From a virus (taxonomy: Duplodnaviria > Caudoviricetes), in the IMG/VR virus record IMGVR_UViG_2595698451_000001, positions 91,632-155,631 of that record: a DNA stretch of 64,000 nt; one strand, written 5' to 3'. Under the pieces are notes generated by a model. That model did not search any database. It saw nothing but the letters and a program-made list of their open reading frames with translations, and had not been told where the DNA came from. Every line of letters starts with the position of its first letter. Positions within the stretch are counted from its first letter, which is position 1. Shown here one piece after another: positions 10,344 through 20,894 of this stretch. The translations under genes were made by a program, and so were the position numbers.

Positions 10344-10435
10344 AAGTATACACTAGCCCGTATACATAGCAAGATATAGTCTACTCCGACTGGTACAGCC
10401 AGTGTTAAAGTATCTCGAAAGAGACGGTATACAGG

Positions 10436-11428
10436 AACTTACAGCAGATTCCAAGGAAGACAGGGAACGTTAAGCGGTTCGACTACAAGCACCCTATTAA
10501 ACGGATGTTTGTTACAAGCTTCCCGGGAGGAGCCCTATTACAGCTTGACTACAGCTCCCTAGAGTCTCGTATCTTAGGTTTGGCGGCTGGGGACGAAGAG
10601 ATGACTCAACAGTTCTTAGATGGACGAGACTTGCACAAAGAGACAGCAACCTTCGTATACGGAGTGTCTATGGACCAAGTTACTGAAGACATGCGTTCCA
10701 TGGCTAAAGCCGTAACATTCGGACTCGCATACGGGGAGACTCCTTTCTCCTTCGCACCGAAAAACAACATGTCCGTTGAAGAAGCTGAAGTCATCTTCCA
10801 GAAATACTTCCAGAACAAGCCGAAAGTTAAACAGTTCATTGACGCTACACACGAACAAGTGAAAAAAGATGGTTTTGTAGAGTGTATGCAAGGATTCAGA
10901 CGGAACCTACGTAATGTGTTCTCACAAGATAAGTCAAAAGTAAACGAAGCCCTACGTCAATCTGTAAACACCAAGATTCAGGGTTCAGGGGCATTCTTAA
11001 CGAACTCTTCTGTAATTCTGATCATTAAGTTCATTGAGAAGAACAACTTGCGTTCTAAAGTCGTTCTAACAGTACATGACTCCATCGTAATCGACTGCCC
11101 GCCGGAAGAAATCCATATCATGGCACATGCAGCTAAACACATCATGGAGAACTTACCTATCGACTGGTTGTTCATCGACTGGAAAGGCGAGAGACTTCGT
11201 TATCCAATCAAAGCTGATGTTGAGATCGGTACTAACTACAATGACATGGTTGCTTACGACAAAGATGATCTTAACAGCTTTAAAACGGTCCAGAAATACT
11301 GTGACTTCTACTTAGCTAAGAAGGAAATCAAGAACCACAAAGAGACAGGAACTATCACTAAAGAGCGGTATGAGGAGCTTAAAGAGCTTATCGACAGCCG
11401 TAAACCAGCTTACCAAGAAGCTGTATAA
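10436..11428 (+). CDS. polA: Family A DNA polymerase exon 2 (polymerase domain)
   Basis: NLQQIP, DYSSLESR, RSMAKAVTFGLAYG and VHDS motifs; in frame with ORF 10505. Confidence 0.93.
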   Translation, partial: NLQQIPRKTGNVKRFDYKHPIKRMFVTSFPGGALLQLDYSSLESRILGLAAGDEEMTQQFLDGRDLHKETATFVYGVSMDQVTEDMRSMAKAVTFGLAYGETPFSFAPKNNMSVEEAEVIFQKYFQNKPKVKQFIDATHEQVKKDGFVECMQGFRRNLRNVFSQDKSKVNEALRQSVNTKIQGSGAFLTNSSVILIIKFIEKNNLRSKVVLTVHDSIVIDCPPEEIHIMAHAAKHIMENLPIDWLFIDWKGERLRYPIKADVEIGTNYNDMVAYDKDDLNSFKTVQKYCDFYLAKKEIKNHKETGTITKERYEELKELIDSRKPAYQEAV

Positions 11429-11545
11429 ATTTTTTATAAAATACAGTTGACATACAGCCTTGGTTATAGTAAGATATAAATACAGCGGAGGGGTAATACA
11501 GAGTGCTATGCCTCTTCTCTGTCTCTACATAAGCGAGGTGAGAGA

Positions 11546-12064
11546 GTGTTAGACGTGAATATCGGTAGCCTTGACTTTTACAAGCTAAGGCTCATAGACG
11601 AGAACGGACAATTTCAAGAGTATGACCTAGAGGACCTGCTTAGAGTTAACGAAGACAACTACATGCAAGAGATGATCGAACAGCCTTCCAAGTACATCTA
11701 CTGGTCGTCAGTGTTAGAGCGGCTTAAGTTCTACCAAGAAAGTGTAGAGTTAGAACTAGAGACCGTTGTAGCCAGTCTAGACCAAGAAGCCCGAGATTAC
11801 CTTAAGGACACAGTACCTAAACCTACAAAAGATATGGTAGAGTCTTATATCAAAAGGCAGCCAGCTTATAAAAGTGTTAGAGATAAGGAAATCCATTATA
11901 ACTACATTGTAGGCAGGGTGCAGCGTATTGTAAAAGCTTTCGAGCAACGTAAGGACATGCTACAGTCCTACGGTAAACAAGTTATTGATAACCAGCAGTA
12001 TGGTAGAGGAGCAGGGTCTACTCTAATGTACCCTTCGTATAACCCGCCAAACCCTAATCAATAA
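11546..12064 (+). CDS. Conserved helical protein, possible UvsY-like recombination mediator
   Basis: Position between polA and ssb/recA; coiled-coil character; function is inference. Confidence 0.45.
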   Translation: MLDVNIGSLDFYKLRLIDENGQFQEYDLEDLLRVNEDNYMQEMIEQPSKYIYWSSVLERLKFYQESVELELETVVASLDQEARDYLKDTVPKPTKDMVESYIKRQPAYKSVRDKEIHYNYIVGRVQRIVKAFEQRKDMLQSYGKQVIDNQQYGRGAGSTLMYPSYNPPNPNQ

Positions 12065-12167
12065 ATGGGCTATAACTTGTTTATAACAGTTGACATATGT
12101 TATAATGTATGTTAGACTGTCATTATAGTAACAAAATATTTTACATACACAGGAGGAGAAAGTTAAT

Positions 12168-13396
12168 ATGTCATTCTTAGACATCGTAAACCAAGAAGCA
12201 GGAAAGTTAAAAAGCAGCGGTAACACAGACAAAGTAGAGTACCCGAAAACAAAACATGATCGAATCTTCGCAGGAAAGGACAATCAGATCGCTGTACAGA
12301 TTCTGCCAAGTGCTGATCTAAGCGGGCAATGCTGGAAGAAGATTAGAAAGCTGTATCTTACTACTGTTTCATCTCAAGGCAAAGAAGTGAAAGCCAACTT
12401 TATTCTTGATGAGGATGAGAACCCGGGCTCTATGCTTGAGCAGAAATATATGGAGTGGGTTGAACGAGACATTTTACCTAAAGGTCGCTATGGTATCCCT
12501 ACCCCTAATGAGTTCTATCTTGTAAATGCAGTTCGATTAGTTCAGGATGCTGCGGGTAACTGGACTCAAGAGCGAGACACTACAGGTCAGTTAGTTGTAC
12601 GGGTACTAGAGCTTAAACCGTCTGCAATGCAGGATATCTTGAATAAGATTCAGAACACTATGTACAACATCTCTAATACACAATTAGCGTTCTTACACCC
12701 AGATAAATCGTGTGTAACACAAATTGAGAAACCAGCAGACAACGAGTCTCCTAAAAAATACAAGTTCCATGTATTCCCGCACTTACTTCTTCCACCATTA
12801 GGTCAAGGATGGGAACAGCAACTTGAAGACTTAGAAGAGCAAGGTACACCTACAGAACGATTAGTGAACGGAGACAAATGGGTACAAGCGTTTATCGACA
12901 TGATGGAAGGTCGTAAACCTAATCAAAACCAAGGTCAGAATGCTGCTCCAGCACCGACAGTAAACCCTTACGCTGCACAGCAACCTAATGCTAACCCATT
13001 TGCAGGGCAGCCAGCTCCAGCGGCTAATCCGTTAGCAGGTCAGGTACCTCAGCAAAATACATATGGTCAGCCAGCTCCGGCACCAGCAGCACCACAACAA
13101 CCGAATATTACAATGCCTACTGGAATGGTGAGCCAACACCTCCTCCGGTACAACCACAGGCTAACGCTAACCTAGCGACACCTCCGGTTCAGCCGCAGGC
13201 AGCGCCAGTTCAACCAGCTCAGCCTACAGGGGGGTTAGTATCAGACCCATTACCGACTGATTTCGGTACCACTCATCAGGTAGGTTCAGACCCTGCTAAC
13301 GAAGTTCCATTACACAGTGTAGAGACTAACAGCAATGGTCTTTTAGATGTTAATGCACTTCTTCAACAGGAAGTAGGAGACCTGCCAACTGAGTAA
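12168..13396 (+). CDS. SSB-like protein with Pro/Gln/Ala-rich linker (frameshift near 13135)
   Basis: Sits just before recA; low-complexity linker continues in another frame to an acidic tail ending TAA at 13396. Confidence 0.6.
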
Positions 13397-13480
13397 ATGA
13401 ATAGAGCCTAGTGTAACAACTAGGCTTTCTATATCAAATTTTATACATACAAGAAGTAAGAAACACTGGAGGGAAAACAT

Positions 13481-14676
13481 TTGGCAAAGAAGAAAAAACA
13501 GAATAATGTATCCGTAGACATTGACTTATCGTCTCTAGCACAGGACGCAGGGCTAACTATCCTCAGAGATTCAGAGTACGCATTAGTTAAGGATAGACTC
13601 CCTACTTTCCTACCGAGAATTGATAAGTCTTCGGAGGCGGTTTACCGTTTGGTCGTATGATAGAAGTTGCAGGGGTTCCGGGTGGAGGTAAGTCTACATT
13701 GGCGTTCCACATAGCCCGAGTAGGCACTCAATTAGGGTGCATTGTCGTGCTTATTGACGTGGAAGGTACAGCTGACCGGGTACGTTTAGCAGAACTAGGT
13801 ATTGATATTAGCAAAGTTCTTGTTAAGCAGCCTGATCTAGAGAAGGACATCGCTCTTACCGTTGAAGAGATCGGTAGAACGGTTGAACAGTGTCTTGAGA
13901 TTTTCGGTAAGAAATACCCGGGTGTTCCTGTAGTATTCGTTTGGGACTCGGTAGGTATCACCCCGAGTGAAGGTGAGCTGGACAAAGACTATGGTGAAAA
14001 GAACGTAGGTATGCGTGCAAAAGCCATTACCCAGTTCATCACCAAAGTAGCTCCGCAGGTGACAGCACAGAAAGCAATGCTTATCGGCATTAACCAAATT
14101 CGGGCGGATATCGGCGGAAACACAATGTTCCCTACAATGTCTGTTCCGGGGGGTAAAGCTTGGGAGCACTATGCAAGTCTACGTCTGGAAATCCAAAAGA
14201 AGGCTGCGATTAAAAAGGGTACAGAGAAGATCGGACATGAACTTGGAGTAAAAGTTAACAAGTCCAAAGTCTCTCGTCCACACCAGATCGCACTCGGATA
14301 CCTCATCTCAGATAATGGTCTGGACTACGAGTATAACCTCGCTAAGATGGCAGAGGCAGACGGACTCTTAAACTCTGTAGGTCAGAGCTATGAACACGTA
14401 GACCGATATGGTGAAATACATAAGAAGAAGAAAGACAACTTTATTGAATGGCTTAAAACGCCTGATGGTCAGCACGTCCGGGAAGAGCTGCTAAACGCAT
14501 TAATTGAGCATGAGTACCCGGGCGGTACATATCCAGCATTTGAAAATGATTCCTTAGACATCTCAGGGTGGATCGACAAAGTAGAGAGACAGGTTCCACA
14601 ACCGCTAGACTTAGATAAGCCTGTTACAGAGAGCACCAATGTTGATGATTTATTGAACACTGATGGAGAAGGGTAA
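13481..14676 (+). CDS. recA: RecA/UvsX-like recombinase (frameshift near 13627)
   Basis: GGGLPFGRMIEVAGVPGGGKST, VWDSV, INQIR, PGGKAWEHYASLRL; TTG start 13481 with GGAGG RBS. Confidence 0.9.
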
Positions 14677-14716
14677 CTCCCTTCTCTCCTAATTATTAAG
14701 AAGGGCGGGTCCAGTA

Positions 14717-15076
14717 TTGCAGAAGAGAAGGCATGGCGATATTGTAGCCAATACTCTACAGTATTATAGGGAGAGAACAAAAAGCAATAACGACAGAACC
14801 CCACACCTCTATCTTGACATCAAGAAGAAGCTACAAAAGATTGCTGAAGAAGGTAAGCGTGTCCTTATCGACACTAAAGACTCCTACAGTGTTCAAACAG
14901 TATGCTTGAAATTTGATTACATCTCGGATAGATGGGCAAGGGGCACGTCAATCTGTTACTTAGATGGTAAAGAAGTGAAGGTTCCTTATACAATCCATTA
15001 CTCTGACATTGTGTGCAGCCGCATGAATGTCAAAGTAATCATGGAGGGGGATAACCCTTTTGAGAGACCTCAATAA
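14717..15076 (+). CDS. Conserved hypothetical protein between recA and sigma
   Basis: ORF and Herelleviridae-like gene order. Confidence 0.7.
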   Translation: MQKRRHGDIVANTLQYYRERTKSNNDRTPHLYLDIKKKLQKIAEEGKRVLIDTKDSYSVQTVCLKFDYISDRWARGTSICYLDGKEVKVPYTIHYSDIVCSRMNVKVIMEGDNPFERPQ

Positions 15077-15695
15077 AGAGCAGGAGCAAATCTTGAATGG
15101 CAACCGTTTTATGGTGAATACAAACGAAGCTACAGGAGTGTTCCTTCGGGACGTGGATAAGTTGATGCACCAGTACCGTAACCTACGAATGAGTGTATAC
15201 AATCAGTTTAAAGACTGCTTACCGGACCCAGTATCCCGGGAGGAGCTTAGGAGCTACATTGATGAGCAGTTCGTCCGTCTTGTGAAGGAGTACGATATCA
15301 ATGGTCCTGTAGATTTCCCCGGGTACATAAAGACCAAACTAACTTACAGAGTTAAGCACTCTTACATCAAAGGGGAGTACCGGGACAGACACAGGGTGTT
15401 TGTAACAAAGAATGAGTTCGATGTTTCTACACTGATTGAAAGAACGCCTAGCTTAGACGAAGAGTTGGACTACTATGAAGTGTTGGAGTACACGCTGCAT
15501 GATGTGAACTTGACTAATCTTGAAAAAGAGGTATTGTTTTATATTCTACAGGAGCTAACAGACTCTCAGATAGAGCAGAAAGTGAAAGAGTCCTTTGCAG
15601 ATGAGTATAAACTTAGTACCTCCGAGATACGTACAACGATTAAACTGATGCAGACATTCTTAAGAACAAAGCTCGAAGAAGCTTTGAAGAAGTAA
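15060..15695 (+). CDS. Phage RNA polymerase sigma factor
   Basis: Region-2-like LVKEYD..VDFPGYIKTKL, region-4-like LTNLEKEVL; typical position after recA. Confidence 0.75.
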   Translation: MRDLNKEQEQILNGNRFMVNTNEATGVFLRDVDKLMHQYRNLRMSVYNQFKDCLPDPVSREELRSYIDEQFVRLVKEYDINGPVDFPGYIKTKLTYRVKHSYIKGEYRDRHRVFVTKNEFDVSTLIERTPSLDEELDYYEVLEYTLHDVNLTNLEKEVLFYILQELTDSQIEQKVKESFADEYKLSTSEIRTTIKLMQTFLRTKLEEALKK

Positions 15696-15696
15696 G

Positions 15697-15706
15697 TGCT
15701 ATATTA
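15697..15706 (+). promoter_or_regulatory. Putative late promoter TGCTATATTA before holin
   Basis: One mismatch to the TGTTATATTA late motif of Twort/K-like phages; identical copy at 8993-9002. Confidence 0.6.
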
Positions 15707-15729
15707 TACAAGTAAACCACGAAGAAGGG

Positions 15730-16035
15730 ATGATCGACATGGCTGAGAACAAAAATGCCCAAGTGCAAGAGGTAGAGATTCCAACAGAAGCTCCTAAAGT
15801 GTCTTCTAAGCTAGTTGTTACAACTATCATCTACCTAATTGCGATTGTCAACGCTGCCGCAGCTTTCCTTGGTTTTGATTTTAATATTCCAACAAACTAC
15901 GACTTTATCTATGATGGCGTTTCTCTAGTGTTCTTTGCAGGAAGCTTTTTCCACGCATACTGGAAGAACAATGACATCACTAAAAAAGCTCGTATCAAAG
16001 CAGAGGTAGCTAAACAAGTTGATCTTAAGAAATAA
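15730..16035 (+). CDS. Holin (SPP1-type)
   Basis: Two hydrophobic segments followed by AYWKNNDITKKA. Confidence 0.85.
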   Translation: MIDMAENKNAQVQEVEIPTEAPKVSSKLVVTTIIYLIAIVNAAAAFLGFDFNIPTNYDFIYDGVSLVFFAGSFFHAYWKNNDITKKARIKAEVAKQVDLKK

Positions 16036-16062
16036 TAACCTTATGGAAGGAGATATTAACTC

Positions 16063-16599
16063 ATGAAAATTTCAGAAGCGATGGCTCAAGGAACTGTTAC
16101 TCTTAACCCAGGTGACTATCTTGCAGCTAACACAGATTCAGTAGGATACCTGCCTACATATAAAGACACAAGCGATCTACACAGAGGTCAGTACCTCTTC
16201 AAGGTAGTGAGCGCAGACTCTGGTCTGGATGTTATCCCGGTTGTAATGGCTGAAGATGGCAAGTCCTTTGTAGAAGTTCCTGAGCGCCCGATCATTTCTC
16301 AGAGAGGTAATGTAATTTCTTACATGACTACTCGTAATGATCCTATATTTAAAGACGGCTACCGCCCGGCGCATGCACACGTAGTAGAAAACATCCCATC
16401 TGGTGAAGAAGCACGTAATATTCTTGCCACTTTCATTGCCTTTGTTGGCAGCGAGTACGGTATGGGTGTTAATGACTTCAACATTGAAGGTCCTGACTAT
16501 CTGAATACTGGAGCAGCACCAGAAGAGCCAGCACCAGAAGAGCCAGCACCAGAAGAGCCAGCACCAGAAGAGCCAGCACCAGAGGAACCACAAGCTTAA
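16063..16599 (+). CDS. Putative virion-associated protein with APEEP repeat tail
   Basis: Follows holin under the late-type promoter; strong RBS; function inferred. Confidence 0.5.
   Translation: MKISEAMAQGTVTLNPGDYLAANTDSVGYLPTYKDTSDLHRGQYLFKVVSADSGLDVIPVVMAEDGKSFVEVPERPIISQRGNVISYMTTRNDPIFKDGYRPAHAHVVENIPSGEEARNILATFIAFVGSEYGMGVNDFNIEGPDYLNTGAAPEEPAPEEPAPEEPAPEEPAPEEPQA
16516..16590 (+). repeat. Five tandem 15-bp repeats GCACCAGAAGAGCCA
   Basis: Directly visible; last copy degenerate. Confidence 0.95.
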
Positions 16600-16659
16600 T
16601 ACAGTGGTACTATAGTCCTAGTATAACAAATACTAAGATAGTACCACACACCAAGAATG

Positions 16660-16686
16660 GAAGGGGCTATAGCCCCTTCTTTTTTA
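16660..16686 (+). terminator. Intrinsic terminator
   Basis: GAAGGGGCT/AGCCCCTTC stem plus T run. Confidence 0.85.
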
Positions 16687-16791
16687 TATGTTAAAAACCT
16701 GAAATATTTTTAATATTTTTATTGACTATTTTAAAGAGCCCTGATAGAATATAGTTACAGGGTAAGAAACCTGTAGAAATGGAGGGAGATA

Positions 16792-17733
16792 ATGGACAAC
16801 AAACTGACCTTGCGAGTCTTTGTGCCCACAACGTTTGAGGGTGTAACAAGTGTTGCAATCTTAGAAGAGATTATACACCCTAATGTACACCTCGATGTTC
16901 GATATACACGGCACTTAGATTTTCGAGAACACTGGGAGTTCCACGGAGCAGACATTGTTCTGATACTGGGGTTGGCTTACAGAGGCTATACACTCCCGGA
17001 AGAGTTTTATACCGAAGTCGATGTGCCCTTTATGGACTTCCACCATGGCAGTACATACGGAAAACCTATTGAAGGCCGCCACATCCAGTCAATCGTTACG
17101 GAAGACGCAGACCCCATCTATGAGTTATGCCACCACATGCGTTCGTTCCCCGATCAGAGCTTATTGTCCAAGAACGTTACGATCACAGACAAAGCATGGC
17201 AGATGATTAATGCAGTGAACAGCTATCGGACGTGGACTTGGGAAGGTAACGATATTGTCCGGTTGCTTCTTGCGTTGTATCACGCCAGCTACACATTGAT
17301 GCCGGGAGCTATCAGAGGAAACAGCTTAGAAGAGACAGTTAAGAAGAACGCCATTGTCATTAAAGGGCAGATGGAGAAACTCAAAGCTTATATCGCTAGG
17401 AAGAAAGAAGTTACTCAGACATATACAGTAGACATTAATGGTACACACTGTCTGCTGAAAGTTGTGTTTGCAGACGAATACATAAACGAATTGGCTAATG
17501 AACTACTAAATGATGAAAAGACTTCGATGCCAGTTATTGTTTGTGTGGGAAGGGCTACGAAATCAAATGATATGTTTTCTATTCGTACAAAGCGTATACA
17601 CGCCGGGCAGGTTGCTAACCTGATAAACGAGGGGAACGGTAAAGAAGAAGTCGGTACTGTATTTGTAGACGTAGGCTATGCGGAACTTATGGGGAAAAGT
17701 ATTATTGCAGCGCTTACCCGTAATGTACAGTAA
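16792..17733 (+). CDS. DHH/DHHA1-like phosphoesterase fold, catalytic motifs degenerate
   Basis: FEGVTS, DFHH and FSIRT..AGQVA..GNGKEEVG resemble DHH/DHHA1 motifs. Confidence 0.5.
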   Translation: MDNKLTLRVFVPTTFEGVTSVAILEEIIHPNVHLDVRYTRHLDFREHWEFHGADIVLILGLAYRGYTLPEEFYTEVDVPFMDFHHGSTYGKPIEGRHIQSIVTEDADPIYELCHHMRSFPDQSLLSKNVTITDKAWQMINAVNSYRTWTWEGNDIVRLLLALYHASYTLMPGAIRGNSLEETVKKNAIVIKGQMEKLKAYIARKKEVTQTYTVDINGTHCLLKVVFADEYINELANELLNDEKTSMPVIVCVGRATKSNDMFSIRTKRIHAGQVANLINEGNGKEEVGTVFVDVGYAELMGKSIIAALTRNVQ

Positions 17734-17776
17734 GATTACAAGGTATGTTATAATAAAACACAGGGAGGAACTTAAT

Positions 17777-18055
17777 ATGGTGGAAGTATTAGATCAGTTG
17801 GTAGGTAGTTATGGGGTTACTACGGATGAGGAGTTCGGTAAAATCGTAGATACACTACTTAAAGTTGGTAGAGTTGTGCAAGATCAAGAAAGACCGAGCC
17901 ATCAAGCAGAGCTTATCATCCAAAAGTTCGAGGTGCCTACGCCGGATGGGAAAACAAAGTGCTACGACCTCTGGTATCAAACACGTACACCCTTTTCACC
18001 TAAAGAAATGTGCTGCTCTTTTGGTTTCGAGGAGACAGACAGAAAATATATCTAG
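17777..18055 (+). CDS. Hypothetical protein
   Basis: GGAGG RBS before internal ATG (MVEVLD). Confidence 0.7.
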   Translation: MVEVLDQLVGSYGVTTDEEFGKIVDTLLKVGRVVQDQERPSHQAELIIQKFEVPTPDGKTKCYDLWYQTRTPFSPKEMCCSFGFEETDRKYI

Positions 18056-18067
18056 GAGTGAGAGATA

Positions 18068-19378
18068 TTGAGCGATAAACGTTTAAGTGCTGAGGAGAAA
18101 ACAATACTAGGTACCGAGAATGGAGCTAAGGCAGCTTTAATGGGGTATCTTATGGCAGAACGAGGTAAGTGCGCTCCAGCGGTCTTTAACAAGTATGCTA
18201 AGCGATTAGGCTTTAGTAAAGTAAACATTGCTGAGATGAAGAAACTTCAATCTGACATTGAAAACGACACTGTATTATACAGCATCTATGGGAAAGCATA
18301 CCAGCGTGTCATCAAACTTGAAGACATCCCTACTGCTTACGACAGCGTACCTGAAATGAGAGAGGAAGACGCATTTTCTCAGGTCACCCCTTACGTAGTG
18401 TCCAATGAAGCAAATAATGCATTCCTGAGAGAGTTAAGAAGTTTGCAGCGTAAGGGCGCCCATATGGAGCTGCTGTTTAAAGGACTTAAACATTACCTCG
18501 TAGAAGAGCTTAAAGGGATGCCGAGAGCTAAATATTTAAAGACTCCGGTACCTAAGCCTCGAAAGGGAGATAAGAGCCTCATCCTCGCCTTCTCAGACTG
18601 GCATATCGGTGCCCTAGTTTTCAACGAAGACACCGGGGGATACGACTTCAAGAAGCTCACAACTCAGATGGGCGAAGTTACAGAGTTTGTGCTTGGTTTA
18701 GTTGAAGAACTAGGCATTAAGCACCTATACATATTCCACGTTGGGGATGTCATCGAACATATCTCCATGAGAAACGTGAACCAAGCTTTTGAAGCAGAGT
18801 TCCCGGCTACAGAACAGATTGCTAAGGGAACACGGCTGCTGATTGACATACTTAAAAACATATCCGCACATATTCATGTTACCTTCGGAATGGTTGCTGG
18901 TAACCACGACCGTTTCAACGGGAACAAGAACGACAAAGTGTATAACGACAACGTAGTATACTTAATCCTTGAGACACTTATTATGTCCCAAGAGGAATTT
19001 GGAGCGCTACCTAACGTCACTATTATTGACAACAGGGCTGACACTTATGAATTTACCCAAAAGGTAGCAGGTCAAAACATAAAAGTTAAGCACGGAGAGT
19101 ATGAAAAGAAAAAAGACGATCAAAAAATTCCAAAACACATCAAAGAAGAACCTATCGACCTGTATATCATGGGACACATACATACAAACAGATTCGTACA
19201 AGAAGACTACTCTAGATTCCATGTGTACACTGGTTCTACAATGGGAGCGAATAACTACTCCAAAGAACTTAACTTCCCGACCACAGCAGCCTCTCAGTTA
19301 GCAGTAGTTTTGACGGAAGGAAGCTCAACAAGAATGTTTATCCCAATTATGTTTAATAAAGACGGAAAATTAGATTAA
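18068..19378 (+). CDS. Calcineurin-like metallophosphoesterase/nuclease
   Basis: SDWH, GDVIE, GNHD, KHG and GHIH motifs. Confidence 0.88.
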   Translation: MSDKRLSAEEKTILGTENGAKAALMGYLMAERGKCAPAVFNKYAKRLGFSKVNIAEMKKLQSDIENDTVLYSIYGKAYQRVIKLEDIPTAYDSVPEMREEDAFSQVTPYVVSNEANNAFLRELRSLQRKGAHMELLFKGLKHYLVEELKGMPRAKYLKTPVPKPRKGDKSLILAFSDWHIGALVFNEDTGGYDFKKLTTQMGEVTEFVLGLVEELGIKHLYIFHVGDVIEHISMRNVNQAFEAEFPATEQIAKGTRLLIDILKNISAHIHVTFGMVAGNHDRFNGNKNDKVYNDNVVYLILETLIMSQEEFGALPNVTIIDNRADTYEFTQKVAGQNIKVKHGEYEKKKDDQKIPKHIKEEPIDLYIMGHIHTNRFVQEDYSRFHVYTGSTMGANNYSKELNFPTTAASQLAVVLTEGSSTRMFIPIMFNKDGKLD

Positions 19379-19392
19379 TTAGGAGGATGTAA

Positions 19393-19770
19393 ATGGAGAC
19401 ACTAACTGCTTTTGCTGTAACTATGTATGGGGTCGTTATAGCTTCCTTATTCGCTAACCTCCTTCAGCAATGGAGAGAAACTAAGGAGCTTAAACAGAAG
19501 GGGAAGACCCCGTTGACCGGAAAGAATACAGCCACGGTTACCTGTGCAGCACTTGGGGAAGCTGTAGTCGTCACCCTTGTATTTTTAGCTCTAGCCGCTG
19601 TACCGGCTACACTAGGTATTTGGGAACTAGGGGCGGCTGCTGTAGGCTGCTATCTTATTAAAGAGCCTGCTGCATATCTCTCCGCTTGGGCGTGCTGGTC
19701 AGTATTTCTGAAGTTCGAGAAGCGTAAAAGAGTAGCAGAGCTTAAAAAAGATCAAAAAGGAGCCATTTAA
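19393..19770 (+). CDS. Membrane protein
   Basis: Several hydrophobic segments; AGGAGG RBS. Confidence 0.75.
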   Translation: METLTAFAVTMYGVVIASLFANLLQQWRETKELKQKGKTPLTGKNTATVTCAALGEAVVVTLVFLALAAVPATLGIWELGAAAVGCYLIKEPAAYLSAWACWSVFLKFEKRKRVAELKKDQKGAI

Positions 19771-19842
19771 GGCTCTTTTTTCTATATTATAGTAGACACA
19801 TCCCTGTAGCTATGCTATACTAAGGCTATAAAATACAGAGGA

Positions 19843-20809
19843 GTGATCTGGATGTTTAAGGAGAGAAAGGTAAAGATATTTGACTCTGAAATAATCAAGG
19901 AGAGTTATATCATCACATTAGACCAGTACCGGATAAATACTACCGGATATGACTATGATGAGGACTACGAAGTTAGTTGGGACTACGTAGGGAGTATTAC
20001 TGGGGTGATCTCAGAAGCTTCGGAGGACTTGTTCACGGTAGTGTATTTAAGCCCCCGAGTACACGGACAGACTTGTGAGTACAATATATGCATTGATGAG
20101 GTTGTAGAAGGGGATTTACTTCCAAAGGATGATACTATAAGCATTATGTATAAAATCGTAGGAGTAACAGACCGAATAAAAGGAGTATCAATAAGTCAGA
20201 AGGAGTGATCTTATGAACGAGAAAGACATGGCACTACCTAACCCGGAACTGTTGACATACATTCAAACCGGAGTTTTATGGATAAAAGACGATCCTACTT
20301 ATGTCATAGACCTTATCAGAAAAGAAAATATAGCTATTGTTCACGTGTTTGCTGTTCATGACAAGACGGCTCAAAGACCTAAGAAAAGGGCAGTGCAAAT
20401 AAAGCAGCAGACAACCCGATTCAGTAACAAGACTAGGCTAGGTGAGATGGCTAATAAGTACCTACCTGCAAAGACTATAGAAAAGTGGGTGGTAAACCCT
20501 CCGCTGTTTACAGCACCTATAGTGCAGGGGTACCGAGATACCTTCTCTCAAAGACAAGAACCTGGGTTCTTTGAACGAGAGCCGGACACCGAGACGACCT
20601 TTAATGGGGAACGTAGGATCATTAGAGGAAAAAATACAGGAGTGTTTATCGGGTTGTCCTCTATTGTATGGGAAGACAAGATCAGAATATCTAAGGAGTC
20701 CCTTGTACAAGCGATCAATCAGTATAGGCAGGGTAACTCTTTCTATAACTTTACAGATAGGGACGATGACCCGAATAACCCGTTATCGAGCGGCTACAAT
20801 AACCTATAA
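19843..20809 (+). CDS. Two hypothetical proteins (19843-20208, 20213-20809)
   Basis: RBSs, tight spacing, downstream terminator. Confidence 0.7.
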
Positions 20810-20894
20810 AGAGGTAACAGAGTTACTGGCTGCTAGGCTCCGGCTTAGCAGCTTTTTGTGTACATAACCCAGACAATATTAGGAGGGAAATGTT

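Larger units (their letters stand above)
8826..10435 (+). ncRNA. Group I intron in polA carrying two endonuclease ORFs
   Basis: AATTGCGGGGA, AATCCGCAGCCAAG (9642), TTCAACGACTAGA (9686), AAGATATAGTCTA (10371); U|...G| ends; splicing restores RLSSRDP-NLQQIPRK. Confidence 0.92.

Noticed and set aside
8826-10435. Nested introns (twintron) or intein in polA
   Set aside because: Only one set of group I core elements is found, and both ORFs have their own starts and stops, so they are not inteins
16516-16590. CRISPR-like or regulatory repeat
   Set aside because: Spacer-less in-frame coding repeat (APEEP); the antisense WCWLF ORF 16177-16593 is its shadow
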